64,000 bases of DNA, from IMG/VR virus record IMGVR_UViG_3300010400_000005, positions 7,352-71,351 of that record; one strand, 5' to 3'. The notes under the pieces are model-generated. The model was not told the origin of the DNA and did not search any database. It was given only the letters and a program-made list of their open reading frames with translations. This document shows, one piece after another, positions 39,091-49,551 of this stretch. The stretch's first letter is position 1. Every line of letters begins with the position of its first letter. The DNA comes from a virus. The position numbers were made by a program, and so were the translations under genes.

Positions 39091-39756
39091 TTATCTCTTC
39101 AAGTGCTGAGCTACGTAAGCTTGAGCATAGACTTCACTACCATCAACTCTATTCTCAAAGAAATGTCGATAAGATCCATCAGGATTCTTTGGGAAAAATC
39201 GCATCTTATTTGCAAGAGTTACATAACCATCTTTATTAGCACGAGGATCAGCAGGATTCTTCATACTTGCTCGCCATTCTAATTCAATGGTTCCCATTGG
39301 TTTCTGTGCCAATGTTTGCTCCATCAAAGTTTTTAATTCTGCCTGAGTTGCTGTTGGTGGAACAGTTACGCCAATTTTGTAGAGAAAATCGTGAACTGCT
39401 GTTGTTGCTACTAGTTTATTATAGATTGAATTGATCCAATCCAAAACTTGATATTCGTGATATTCAGTTCCTTCTGCTACGATATGACCAACTAAAGGAA
39501 CTATAATGAAAGTACCAGATTTCTTACTAGCTCTATATTCAATTTCTTTTTCTCCCAATTCCCACTGAATAATATATTCTTTACCTCCAGTTGGCGGAGG
39601 AACTCTTACATTAATATCTTTAGATTGATCAGCAACTTCTACTTTTTGATTTGGATCTACTGCTACTTGCTCTTCTTCTGTATCTGCGCCATTTGCAGCA
39701 GTTCCTACTGAAGTTGCACCAGCAGCCATATGTGGCATATCTTTTTCTTGAAACAT
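39091..39756 (-). CDS. Putative ssDNA-binding protein
   Basis: AGGAG RBS; beta-rich; lies between recombinase-like ATPase and helicase (positional inference). Confidence 0.4.
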   Translation of the reverse strand: MFQEKDMPHMAAGATSVGTAANGADTEEEQVAVDPNQKVEVADQSKDINVRVPPPTGGKEYIIQWELGEKEIEYRASKKSGTFIIVPLVGHIVAEGTEYHEYQVLDWINSIYNKLVATTAVHDFLYKIGVTVPPTATQAELKTLMEQTLAQKPMGTIELEWRASMKNPADPRANKDGYVTLANKMRFFPKNPDGSYRHFFENRVDGSEVYAQAYVAQHLKR

Positions 39757-39767
39757 TTGTTTTTCTC

Positions 39768-40344
39768 CTACTTTTTGTTTTTTATTTTAGTTTTCTGTTT
39801 TTTGTTTACAATTAAAGGTTTTCGTTTGTCTTCGTGTTTTTGCTTTACAATCTTAACTCTGTCTTCATTCGATAAATTCTCCTTTGGAGGTATTGAGATT
39901 TCTTCTCCCATGTAATTCATTGGAGTTCTAACTTTAGGGATTTGTTTAGAACTTGTAAATCGTTGAGGGACTTTTATATCATCTTCTTTTTTCATAGTCA
40001 TGTGCATATCCTGCTTCGCAATCTGTTAATGAAACAGTGTCATTTCTCGATCTATTAAATCTATTTAAATCTCTATTTTGTTTCTCAATTCTAGAAGCTC
40101 TTGCTAAAATTTCTATTGCTTCTATTAAGGTTACATTTCTTTCTCTAAGCATTGCTATTTCTTCGTGTTGACGATCTACAATCTCTGATGAATTTCCACA
40201 TTGCCTGTTTGTCATACTAAGAATTTCATCTTGTGCTTTTATCTTTCCTAATAAATCTTTATTAGCACCTTCTAAAGTCATAATTTTCTGCGTTGGTATT
40301 GGATTTTTTCTAGTATAATTTCTTTTGTTTGGTTTCCTTGCCAT
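39768..40344 (-). CDS. Two hypothetical ORFs (39768-40007 basic; 39979-40344 coiled coil)
   Basis: Co-oriented ORFs; AAGGAG RBS before 40344. Confidence 0.5.
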
Positions 40345-40562
40345 TTAATCTCCTTTATTAACAATTACAATTTCTTTTGTATCTCCACATTTATTACAAA
40401 ATAGCATTCCATAAACATTTGGATTTGCTTTATCTCCGTTAGAATCTCTTTTGTAATACCCTCTAACTTGTCCTTCTTCATCTACTAATGGTTGGAAGTT
40501 ATGCCCTTTTCGCAGGACATTGGAAATATTGGAACTTCTTTTAGTTGAGGTTTTCGGGCCAT
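40345..40562 (-). CDS. Small zinc-finger-like gene split by a -1 frameshift
   Basis: AGGAG-ATG frame reads MARKPQ..MSCEK; -1 frame continues GHNF..CNKCG..GD*. Confidence 0.5.
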
Positions 40563-40570
40563 TTATTCTC

Positions 40571-40732
40571 CTATTCTTCTACTTTTGTAACTTTAATTTC
40601 TCCTTCTATCTCTAAACCACAATCTGGATCTAATGTAACCTCATTCTTAATATCTTCTAGATCTAGAGGTTCTTCTTCTAATTCTTCATACTTGTCTACT
40701 ACTGTAAGCTCAACTTTATATCTGTTTGGCAT
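40571..40732 (-). CDS. Small acidic protein, 53 aa (not in ORF track)
   Basis: AGGAG RBS; MPNRYKVEL..EELEEEPLDLED..KVEE*. Confidence 0.55.
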   Translation of the reverse strand: MPNRYKVELTVVDKYEELEEEPLDLEDIKNEVTLDPDCGLEIEGEIKVTKVEE

Positions 40733-40749
40733 TTAGTCTCCTATGTTAA

Positions 40750-41526
40750 TTATTCATCTACAAAGATTTTTTTCCAGTCTTCAGGATTTTTCTCTGGATA
40801 GAAGTCAAAATCTGCTCCGCGTAAATGTGCAGAAGTAGACCCACAAACTATATCTATTCCAGCGTTAAAGTTAATTTTCATTTGCGAAACTGGCTTGCCA
40901 TTTTCTACACTTGAAGTTATTCTATATAAATAACCTATAGCATCTGCTCGTGAACAAGTTATTTCTTTTAACTTACCAGTTAAATTAACATCAATAGAAG
41001 TAACTGTATTTCCATTATTATCTACCAAAAATTTATCTTTAACGTGACAGAGTAAAATCGTAGTATCTGCAAGACTTCTAATATCTTCTAACCATCTACC
41101 ATAGGCTAAACGTGCCCAATAATAACCAGCGCCATCTGGCAAATTTAGCACAGATTCGAGCGCATTCGGATTTGATTTATACTCTTTCTTGCAAACACTA
41201 GATTTTAAGTACATTAGTTTTGCATATTCATCTGTCCATTCATTCAATCTAGTAGTTGTATCCACACAAATATATTTATATGGTCTGCCAGCTTCTACTA
41301 CCTGTTTGCCTATTTGTGCAAGATGATTTAAATCTTCTACTTCTACCCAAGGTCCGTCGAAAAAGTGCGCACGTTTTTCTAAATCTAATAGAAGTAGTTT
41401 ATTGTTGTTAATAACAGAATCTAATTTTAAAACTGCTGGAGTTTTTCCAATTTTAGGAGGCCCATAAATTAAAATCAACTTAGGATTCTGCGAAGTTGCT
41501 TTTCTATATTCAAATGGTAGGCCCAT
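40750..41526 (-). CDS. AAA_24 / Sak4-like ATPase (ssDNA annealing)
   Basis: LIYGPPKIGKT, LLLDLE, ICVDT, GAGY, ILLCH, ADAIGYL. Confidence 0.8.
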   Translation of the reverse strand: MGLPFEYRKATSQNPKLILIYGPPKIGKTPAVLKLDSVINNNKLLLLDLEKRAHFFDGPWVEVEDLNHLAQIGKQVVEAGRPYKYICVDTTTRLNEWTDEYAKLMYLKSSVCKKEYKSNPNALESVLNLPDGAGYYWARLAYGRWLEDIRSLADTTILLCHVKDKFLVDNNGNTVTSIDVNLTGKLKEITCSRADAIGYLYRITSSVENGKPVSQMKINFNAGIDIVCGSTSAHLRGADFDFYPEKNPEDWKKIFVDE

Positions 41527-41768
41527 TATTCAGTCTCCACTATAGAATCGTATGGCCCTTTGCCTATTACAATTTGAAATTCTTTTCTATACCATTTGAT
41601 TACTCTTGCAAGCATCAATTTATCTGACTCAGACCAATGATCAAGTGAGTATTCATATGATAATGTTTCATCAAATTTTTTTATTTTGCTTTCTTGTTCT
41701 CTTTCTATTGCAAATTCAGCTTGTGGATCTATATCTTCATAATTTGGTTCTGGATTTAAGCTACACAT
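41526..41768 (-). CDS. Hypothetical protein
   Basis: 80-aa coupled ORF. Confidence 0.5.
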   Translation of the reverse strand: MCSLNPEPNYEDIDPQAEFAIEREQESKIKKFDETLSYEYSLDHWSESDKLMLARVIKWYRKEFQIVIGKGPYDSIVETE

Positions 41769-41911
41769 TTAATAATCTCCTATCCAAACAGCAATTGTTA
41801 TCCAATAACTAATTTTCTTCCTCAAAATTGGAGCGCATTTAGTAATAGATCCATTCTCAACTATAAATCCTGCACATAAGTATTTTGTTTTGACTTGGTA
41901 AATGCCATCTT

Positions 41912-42325
41912 TCATGTGTTTGTTCTTACTTGTTGATCTGATAATTTTGGATTTTCATTATTCTCATGTCGCTTAATCCAGTTACAATTGGCACACAAGA
42001 TTTGAAATCTAATGATTCCATTGTTTAGTTCTCTCAAAACTCTATAATAATAAGCTAGTCTCCCTGTAGTTTTTAATTCCTTCACTCCACCACCATTTTT
42101 ATGATCTATTTGTAGTGCTCTAACATCTGAAAATCCACAACCAACACAAACTCCACCTAGTTTTTCTATAATTAGCAAACGGAATCTTTTTTGCCGACAT
42201 TTATCATGTTCAAGTTGATTGTTTGAAACTTCATATTTTGAAGTTAATGGTTCTTTACAAACTCTACATATTCTATAGTTTGTTTTTAGTTGATTTAACG
42301 GAATTGTACTAATTTTGAATGGCAC
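41912..42325 (-). CDS. HNH endonuclease
   Basis: LGGVCVGCG..ALQIDH..GGG..QILCANCN. Confidence 0.85.
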   Translation of the reverse strand: MPFKISTIPLNQLKTNYRICRVCKEPLTSKYEVSNNQLEHDKCRQKRFRLLIIEKLGGVCVGCGFSDVRALQIDHKNGGGVKELKTTGRLAYYYRVLRELNNGIIRFQILCANCNWIKRHENNENPKLSDQQVRTNT

Positions 42326-42430
42326 AGCATTTGCTCCAGTGTGTATTGACTACCCATGCCGTGTCGTTTTAACACAAATTTCGTTCTATGTCAACTACTT
42401 GTGTCAATATAACTCATCGTTTCTTTCTTC

Positions 42431-42459
42431 ATTATACTGCTCGACGGAAAACTTGTCAA
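42431..42459 (-). promoter_or_regulatory. Perfect consensus sigma70 promoter
   Basis: Minus strand TTGACA (42459-54), 17 nt, TATAAT (42436-31). Confidence 0.85.
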
Positions 42460-42472
42460 GTGGTATTTTTAC

Positions 42473-42859
42473 CTAAATATAATGCGTTAAGTTATTTTCA
42501 GTCGCCCATTTCTTTTTTAGGAATTCTAACAGATAATTAGGAACCATGAAGATAATTGTAACTTCCTTCTTCCAGTCTTCATTTAGTTCGTCAATTGGCC
42601 CTAAGTTTTCATACATTGTATTCATTACTGATTGAAAATATCTACCTTCTATTTCTGGCGCAGCATATTTTAATTCGTTTCTTACAGACTCTAGTGATGA
42701 AATAAAGTTAACCTCTTGTGAAGGAATTACCTTTAACATATCATCTATTACTGTCGATAATCTTCTTTTTTCTGGCATTTTAATTTTCCTTTCTAAAATT
42801 TGTACAATTTTCATCTGCAAATTCTTTACGATATTGTTTCCAGCCAATGAAGTTACCAC
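42473..42859 (-). CDS. Hypothetical protein (probable start MPEKRR)
   Basis: ORF track; YAAPE motif. Confidence 0.5.
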   Translation of the reverse strand: MVTSLAGNNIVKNLQMKIVQILERKIKMPEKRRLSTVIDDMLKVIPSQEVNFISSLESVRNELKYAAPEIEGRYFQSVMNTMYENLGPIDELNEDWKKEVTIIFMVPNYLLEFLKKKWATENNLTHYI

Positions 42860-43886
42860 TTCTTATATTCTCTCTAACTTTAGCGGGACTTTCTACCAAC
42901 AATGCTACATTTCTATCGTGAAAATATGGAGTAGCAACATGCTCAAAAGGACTCCAGTGTCCACTTGTTCTTAATCTTTCAAATAATTCTAAATCTTTTT
43001 CAATATCTCTTTTCCCATCGTGAGTTAGATAAGAAACTCTAGCACATCGAGCTACTGATATAGCTTTCTTTATATCTAATTTCATTGGATCTCTAATAAA
43101 TTTAGTTGGAGTATACCCAAACCATTTTGGTGTTTCCATGTTTTCATCTAGTATATCATCTACTGATTTACTTATTGCTTCTTCATCTTCCTCATAAACT
43201 AATGGACAATGCCATTCTCCAACTTTTAATTTTTGTGGTCTAACTGCTTCCCAATTATCGCCAGATCTTGATATATAAATTTTTGCTCCTAAATCAAGAT
43301 TATGTTCTTCATCAAAAGCATGATAAGCTTCATACATTAAATCAGCAATTTTTCTAATCTTCCAATCAGCAGCAGAGTTAGTTCTTAACTTAAAGAAATT
43401 ATCAAACTCTGTTGCTGTAATAATTGCTGTATGCCACATGAAAGGCTCTAAATATCTATTTAAATCTTCTTTATTAGCAATATCTTTATATTTTCTTACA
43501 AAGGTTGTGGTTCTTGATAGATGTTGTTCTACTGCATTTGATAAAATGTTATGTTCTGCACTATCAACATGCCAATATTCTTTTGCACCCATACCTTTTA
43601 CTGGTTTACCAAATTGTTCTGGAATAAAAGGATTTTCCTCAACCATTTGTAACATTTTATTAATAGGAATAGCACGAGAGCTTGCAGAATTCCTACTTAA
43701 ATTTTCATCTACATTTATTCCTAAGTTATGAATAACCAATTCTTCTACATTTCCTCCCCATCCTCGCAAAACTCTGTGTGTTTCTGCTTCTGCTAAAACA
43801 CAACGAGGAAAAGTTACTTCCATAGTTGTAATTCGTTTTCCAGTTTCAGAGATTGAATCAAGAAGTATTTTACATGAATAACTCAT
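42780..43886 (-). CDS. thyX: FAD-dependent thymidylate synthase-like protein
   Basis: PR.VLAE..THR..SRNSASSRAIP, NRYLEPF, NFF.LR, S.ARCARVSY, H.SPFEH.A. Confidence 0.8.
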   Translation of the reverse strand: MSYSCKILLDSISETGKRITTMEVTFPRCVLAEAETHRVLRGWGGNVEELVIHNLGINVDENLSRNSASSRAIPINKMLQMVEENPFIPEQFGKPVKGMGAKEYWHVDSAEHNILSNAVEQHLSRTTTFVRKYKDIANKEDLNRYLEPFMWHTAIITATEFDNFFKLRTNSAADWKIRKIADLMYEAYHAFDEEHNLDLGAKIYISRSGDNWEAVRPQKLKVGEWHCPLVYEEDEEAISKSVDDILDENMETPKWFGYTPTKFIRDPMKLDIKKAISVARCARVSYLTHDGKRDIEKDLELFERLRTSGHWSPFEHVATPYFHDRNVALLVESPAKVRENIRSGNFIGWKQYRKEFADENCTNFRKEN

Positions 43887-44660
43887 TTGCTCATCTCCAA
43901 TTCTATAACAATTTTTTTATCTTTATTATTTATCTTACTTCCCAAGAATTCCATTCCGACTTGTGCTCCATGAATATGCTCTACTATATTGCGCGCAAAC
44001 ACAGCAGAAGCGTTGTTAATTTGAATTTCATAATCTAATAGCTCAGCATTTCTTTGTTTATGTGTTATCTGATCTATCAACTCTCTTAAAGTCATTTTTT
44101 CTCACTTTCTTTTGCATCTGCTTTACTACATGCATTATGAACTAGTAATTGAACACCAAGACTTGTTTGAGTTAACAATAAATGCTCATGACTTCCAAAA
44201 TTATCCATAAGTAAACAAAATGCTTGTGTTCCTATATCAACCTTACTACTCATTTCTCTTCCATCTGGAGTAATTCCAAAATATTGAATTATCCTTTCGT
44301 CAAACTTATGGGATAACTCATGTACTATTTGCCATGCTATTACAGTAGCAGAAGCAATGTTGTCATTTGTCTTAGCAAGGTAGTATTTTATATTGTCTCT
44401 ATCTACACTAACTTCTTTATTTGCACAATCTATTAGAATATTAATCATTTTTTATATTCACTTTCTTTTGCAATTCGATTTAGAAGTTCTGGATCATTCA
44501 ACTCAAATGTTTTATGAACTCTCATTACTGGACTATCATCTGGATCACTATCAATCCAACGATTAAGAACATTTTCATTTGTTATTACTCCAATAACTGT
44601 TTCGTTTGTTTTACTACGTGAATGTAGATCATGCTCAATTAAGACATATACTTTACTCAC
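43883..44660 (-). CDS. Three hypothetical ORFs (43883-44095, 44092-44448, 44445-44660)
   Basis: Chain of 4-nt start/stop overlaps. Confidence 0.55.
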
Positions 44661-46129
44661 TCCTTAATAAATCCCCTTTCAATATGATAAAGTTTCTCAG
44701 GAACATGATGTGGGGTTCTATTTACGTAGACATTTCCTGCTATTAAATCTCCTAAATTAAATCCTTCATGGCAAACTTTAGTAAACTGACAATCTTTACC
44801 ATAATAATCCCAACATCTTTGAGTTTCCTTTCTAAATAATTTCATTAAAGCAATTTCATATTGCTCCCATTTGCCTGTTTTTCTAGCAAATTCAGCGTGT
44901 TGTTCCATTATTTCTAAATTCTTAAAAATCTCTTCTTCTTCTTGATATCTAGTAGAAATTAACCACTCTTTCAATTGAGCGCCATCATTTCTATCTCTAA
45001 ATATCAAATCAGAAGTAATAATTAATTCATCTAAAGGATTTCCATTTTCAGTTTGAACTAAACCACTTGCTAACATTTCTACCCAATTCTTGATTCCCAT
45101 ATCTTCCCAAATATTTATCTTAGACCATCCTTTAGGCTGGCGTCCCGCATTTACTTTCCACTTATAGTGATCTGGAGTTGCTATGAATTGAGTAGTTGTT
45201 TGTGAGAAAATATTGAAAGTAGTCTGTTCTTCATATTTATAAGGATGAACTAGGAAATTTTGCCGCTTTCTAAGTCCTGATTTATCGTAATCTTTCCAAG
45301 AGCCTGTTATTAAATGTTCATATTGAACTGCATAGACTTTTGGCTTTTGATCATTCTTCCAACACCATTCAAAATACCTGTGCCATCTTTCATCACAGAG
45401 AATATCTGGACTTTCATCACAATTAACAACTGCTTTGTAATTGTCAAAATCTCTATCTAACTTCGCTTGAACTGCCATCCACTCAGAATTCCCCTGCATA
45501 TCTGTTAGCAAATTTCTAATAGTGTTCTCAGCATATTCACTAGCAGTTTTTAATGAACAAATTACTACACCTTTAGAATAATCTTTAGTAAGAAATTCAG
45601 CGTCAGCCTTACTTTGCCAAATTATACTTTCTGAAAATTCTGGATAGATTATATCATTTTCTACTTCAATAACCTCATATTCCTCTAATAAAGAAGGAAG
45701 TCTTTTGAGAGAAAAGCATCTAATTAATCCTTCGATTAAGCATTCATGTTCTGCAATTACGAAACTTATAAAATTAGTTTCACCTTCTTTAAGAGAAATA
45801 GAATGTTTTGAAATATCATCTCGAAATAATTTAATAGCAAAATCTACAGCTTCATTAATACATTGCTCTTCAAACATTCCATCTTGATGATGAATTCTAC
45901 AATGTTCAAATAAGTGTTGTAAGCCTCTATGCACGGCAGTTCCAGTTTCTAAATTCATATCTATAGCTTCTGGAGATAAACCATGGCCGCCGTAGTGATT
46001 AGAAAGGTATCTTTTTCTAAGGCAAGTTTGTGCTGTTAAAGCAGCAGTTCTTGATGTAAAACGCTTGATTTCATTTCGCATGATATTGCTCCACAGTTTC
46101 AGTTTCAACAAAGCAATTTGCAGCTCCAA
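44657..46129 (-). CDS. PD-(D/E)XK / Cas4-like exonuclease (probable start 46081)
   Basis: N-terminal C.RK.Y, GTAVH, EVE, KAD..LKT, C-terminal C.....C.F...C. Confidence 0.7.
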   Translation of the reverse strand: MELQIALLKLKLWSNIMRNEIKRFTSRTAALTAQTCLRKRYLSNHYGGHGLSPEAIDMNLETGTAVHRGLQHLFEHCRIHHQDGMFEEQCINEAVDFAIKLFRDDISKHSISLKEGETNFISFVIAEHECLIEGLIRCFSLKRLPSLLEEYEVIEVENDIIYPEFSESIIWQSKADAEFLTKDYSKGVVICSLKTASEYAENTIRNLLTDMQGNSEWMAVQAKLDRDFDNYKAVVNCDESPDILCDERWHRYFEWCWKNDQKPKVYAVQYEHLITGSWKDYDKSGLRKRQNFLVHPYKYEEQTTFNIFSQTTTQFIATPDHYKWKVNAGRQPKGWSKINIWEDMGIKNWVEMLASGLVQTENGNPLDELIITSDLIFRDRNDGAQLKEWLISTRYQEEEEIFKNLEIMEQHAEFARKTGKWEQYEIALMKLFRKETQRCWDYYGKDCQFTKVCHEGFNLGDLIAGNVYVNRTPHHVPEKLYHIERGFIKE

Positions 46130-46522
46130 TAACTATTCTTAATACTTCTGCAAACTCTACCGCTTCTTTGTAAGTTTGAAATTCTCTTAGTTCTAGATAA
46201 CATAAGTTTGTAGGTTCTGATTCTCGTAATGCATTATGAAGTTCTACAGTAGAACAATCATTATACATATTTATTCTAATTTCGTAATTTATCATTCTTT
46301 TATCTTCATCCTTATCTTAATCTCTCCAATATTCATTTTATGTACGAAATCTTTAATCCAGTCAGGAGTAGTAAATAAAATAGAAGGAATTGGAGGATTT
46401 AATTTAATTGTAAATATAGGATCGTGAATTCTTGCTCTTCTTCTTATAGTTAAATGAGAAATTTTCCCATTTCGTTTCCATTTATCAATTACAAATTTGT
46501 GTTTTATTTTGTGTTCTGGCAT
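46071..46522 (-). CDS. Two small hypothetical ORFs
   Basis: 46071-46295 and 46292-46522, coupled. Confidence 0.45.
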
Positions 46523-47090
46523 ATAGTATACTCATGCAATCTTTACACGTTAATAACTTTTCATCTAAAGTTATTTTTTCATTAGATTGTTTAATTCCAC
46601 AAGTTATAGTTTCAGTTGCTAATCCAACATCATCTATCCAATGGACTATTGGATCATCTATAATTTCCATTTTTACTTTATTTACAATTGCTTTGGTTAG
46701 ATCTTGTTCTAATATACTTCTCTCATTAACTAAATCTCTATTAATTGCGCCTTCTTCATTAAATTTTCCCTTATATCTAGCTTGAAGTTTTTTAATTACA
46801 GCTGCCCAAATTTCCTCATAACTATTACCTAATTCATCAAGCGCAATTGCTGTATACCACTGACTATCTCCAATTTCCTCTTTTATATTTACTAAATCTA
46901 ATTCTTTTCCATAGAAAATATATTTCTTAAGTGCATCCATTAATTCAGCAGCTTCTGTTACTAAACCCATAGATGCATGAAGTAAGCGGATGATTCTTTC
47001 ATCTGTTATTCGTTCGTAAATCGCAGGGAAATTACTAGATTCTGTTTTTATTGCTTCTTTTATAAACATATCTGAAATTGATTTACTCAT
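46485..47090 (-). CDS. MazG-like nucleotide pyrophosphohydrolase
   Basis: LLHASMGLVTEAAELMD.LKK..FYGK..EEIGD..WY..KL.ARY. Confidence 0.88.
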   Translation of the reverse strand: MSKSISDMFIKEAIKTESSNFPAIYERITDERIIRLLHASMGLVTEAAELMDALKKYIFYGKELDLVNIKEEIGDSQWYTAIALDELGNSYEEIWAAVIKKLQARYKGKFNEEGAINRDLVNERSILEQDLTKAIVNKVKMEIIDDPIVHWIDDVGLATETITCGIKQSNEKITLDEKLLTCKDCMSILYARTQNKTQICN

Positions 47091-49551
47091 TAGTTATTTC
47101 TCCAGTCGGCGCTAAATGATGACTTGTTCCTTTATGTGATGTTGTAAAAGTTGCACAGAATTCCGTGTGAATATTATTGTCACATTGATTGATATAAACA
47201 ACATCTATATCATCCATATATTCAAACAGTGCTCTAGTTTGCTCAGAGGTTAATCGCATCTTCAAATTCCTCCAAAGAATAATATATTAGCATTGGATCT
47301 ACAGTACCTAATTTAAATATTTCAATTCTAACTATATCATCATTTGAAATATTCTTAGTATCAGTCTTCCATCTTGGATGATTAGTAACTAGCTTATTAC
47401 TATAATCTCCAGTCTGTTTGTTCATAATAGAAATCACAATGAAATCTATTGATTTAATATCTTGTTTGCTGCTCATAATTTATCTATCTTTCTAGGAACT
47501 AAAGGTATAAAAGCTGGTTTTATTACCTTCACTTCAATTGGTTTAGCAACTCTATCTGCTTGCTCTTGCATTTCTTTTATTTCTTCTGAGTTCATTAACT
47601 TCTCAGTTAGTAAAGCATCCATAGTTGCATAATCTTTTCCTATATATTCTGCTTCTATTGGTTCTTCTACTAATTTCATTTGTTCCTCTTTCTCTTGCTC
47701 TGCCTCAAATTCTGCATCAATTCTATCTAATTCTTCTCTTCTTTCTTTCTCTATTTTCTTTATCTCTTCTAAAGCTTTTCTTTTCTCATCTGCATATTCA
47801 GCTCTTTTCAATCTAATTGCTAAATCCTCTAATTCATGTGGATTTAAACTATCAAAAAGCCAAATTTCATCAGATGGAATTATTACTAAGGTTGATTCAA
47901 ACTCTAAAATAGGAGAAATAAAGTAGAAAAGATCGAAATAGAAATCACTATTAGCTTTTCGATACCCGAATTTGCCACACTTAGAGATATAAATTCCTTC
48001 ATCTGTGCAAGTTTCAGGGAAGTGAATAATAATTTCCCTTTCTTTCTTAACTATTGGTTCAAATAGTTCAGAACCAAATAGAAGAGCTTCTGATTCTTTT
48101 CTACGTTTATAAAGAGCTTCTTGCTTTCTATCTTTAGCTTTTCTTTCTGCTCTTTTTTGTTTTTTAACTTCATTTTGCGAGGGTACGATAGGTTTTGTTC
48201 CTATTGTGAAAGGCATAATTGATTAGCACTCTTTTCTTTTTTGTCATTAACTCTCGCCCCCTTGATTGTTTTTAGTTAATTTTTACTTCCTTCTTAATTC
48301 ATTAAAATCTTGCCATGCTGCAAGAAATATAAATGCTGACATTACAAAGTATGCAATGTGTTGTGTATCATTAGCAGTTTCTCCAAGTAGTTTATCAATC
48401 GCAATTAGAATTGCAATACATATAAAAACTCTCAAAATAAACCTCCTTCATACTTTCTATTATCTGTTTTAATATAATTCTCTGAATAGTCATATATTTC
48501 TACACTTCCTTGCTTAAATTCCTCACATATACAATAAGGTGCATCACATTTACCTTCACATAATCTATGTGTATAATAAGCATGCCAACATCTACAATTC
48601 ATTAACTGATCATGTACACTTTTTGTCTTTTTATAATAACTAGTTGTGTGAAAAGGATTTTCTGGTCGATTTTGTGGGTTTATTATCTCTTTCGTCTTGA
48701 TTTCCATTTTGAATTGTTAAAGCTATTTTAAATTCAAATTTTAATTGAGTACATTTACAAGCGGAATAAGTAGAACCATCATAGTCTAATGCAAAACATT
48801 TAGTTTCTTCATGTTCATCTACACTATGATAACAATTAGAGCAAGCTGTTTTATTTAGAACTTCTTGATTTGTTTTTCTTTCGCTTATTAGCATTGTTTT
48901 CTCGTTTCATATTTCTTTCTATCCAATCTATTGCTGCTCTATATTCTTGTATTTCTATTCTTAAATCCATTAATTTACTTTCATATTCTTTCTTTTGAAT
49001 TTTAAGTGCTTTTAGATTTTTTCTAAAAGAACGAAGAAGCCTCATGTTTATCATTTTTTATTCTGCTTTCTTAATTTACTATCATATTCTTCTCTTTCTC
49101 CTAGCTTCTTTTCTCTTTTTTCTAAATGCAATTTTGCATTCTAACCATAATAGAAAATCTGCTATTCGTTTTTTCATAATTATAATTCCACTTCATTGGT
49201 TTCAAAAATCTCTCGCTTGAAATATAACTGTATTTGATTGTTGGCGATTGAGACTACAGAAACTAGTTCCCATCCAGATTTACCAGAAATATCTAATTGT
49301 TGAATTAATAAAGTTAAATCTGTTGGATTTGAAATTCTTAATATGTTATATTCAAATTTTCTCATTTTTTATTCCTCACTTGAGAATAGTGCTTCAAAAT
49401 CTGGTCGTTTTGGTAATTCTTGTGGTAGTTCATAAGTTGTAATACATTCTCTTATATGCAAATTACACTCTAAGCAACGAAATTCACCCTTTGAATCATA
49501 TATTGCATCATGAAACATGAAACAGTAAAGTTTTTTGATTGCTATTAACAT
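47083..49551 (-). CDS. Cluster of small hypothetical early genes (247-aa charged ORF, Cys/His-rich ORFs, DUF4177-like 49180-49365)
   Basis: Overlapping ORFs; FEY..L...G..GWELVSV..YFKR in 49180-49365. Confidence 0.5.

Noticed and set aside
30686-47090. 2-aminoadenine (Z) or deazaguanine DNA modification pathway
   Set aside because: MazG-like and PolA genes are present, but no PurZ, DatZ, QueC/D/E, FolE or DpdA homologue is recognisable
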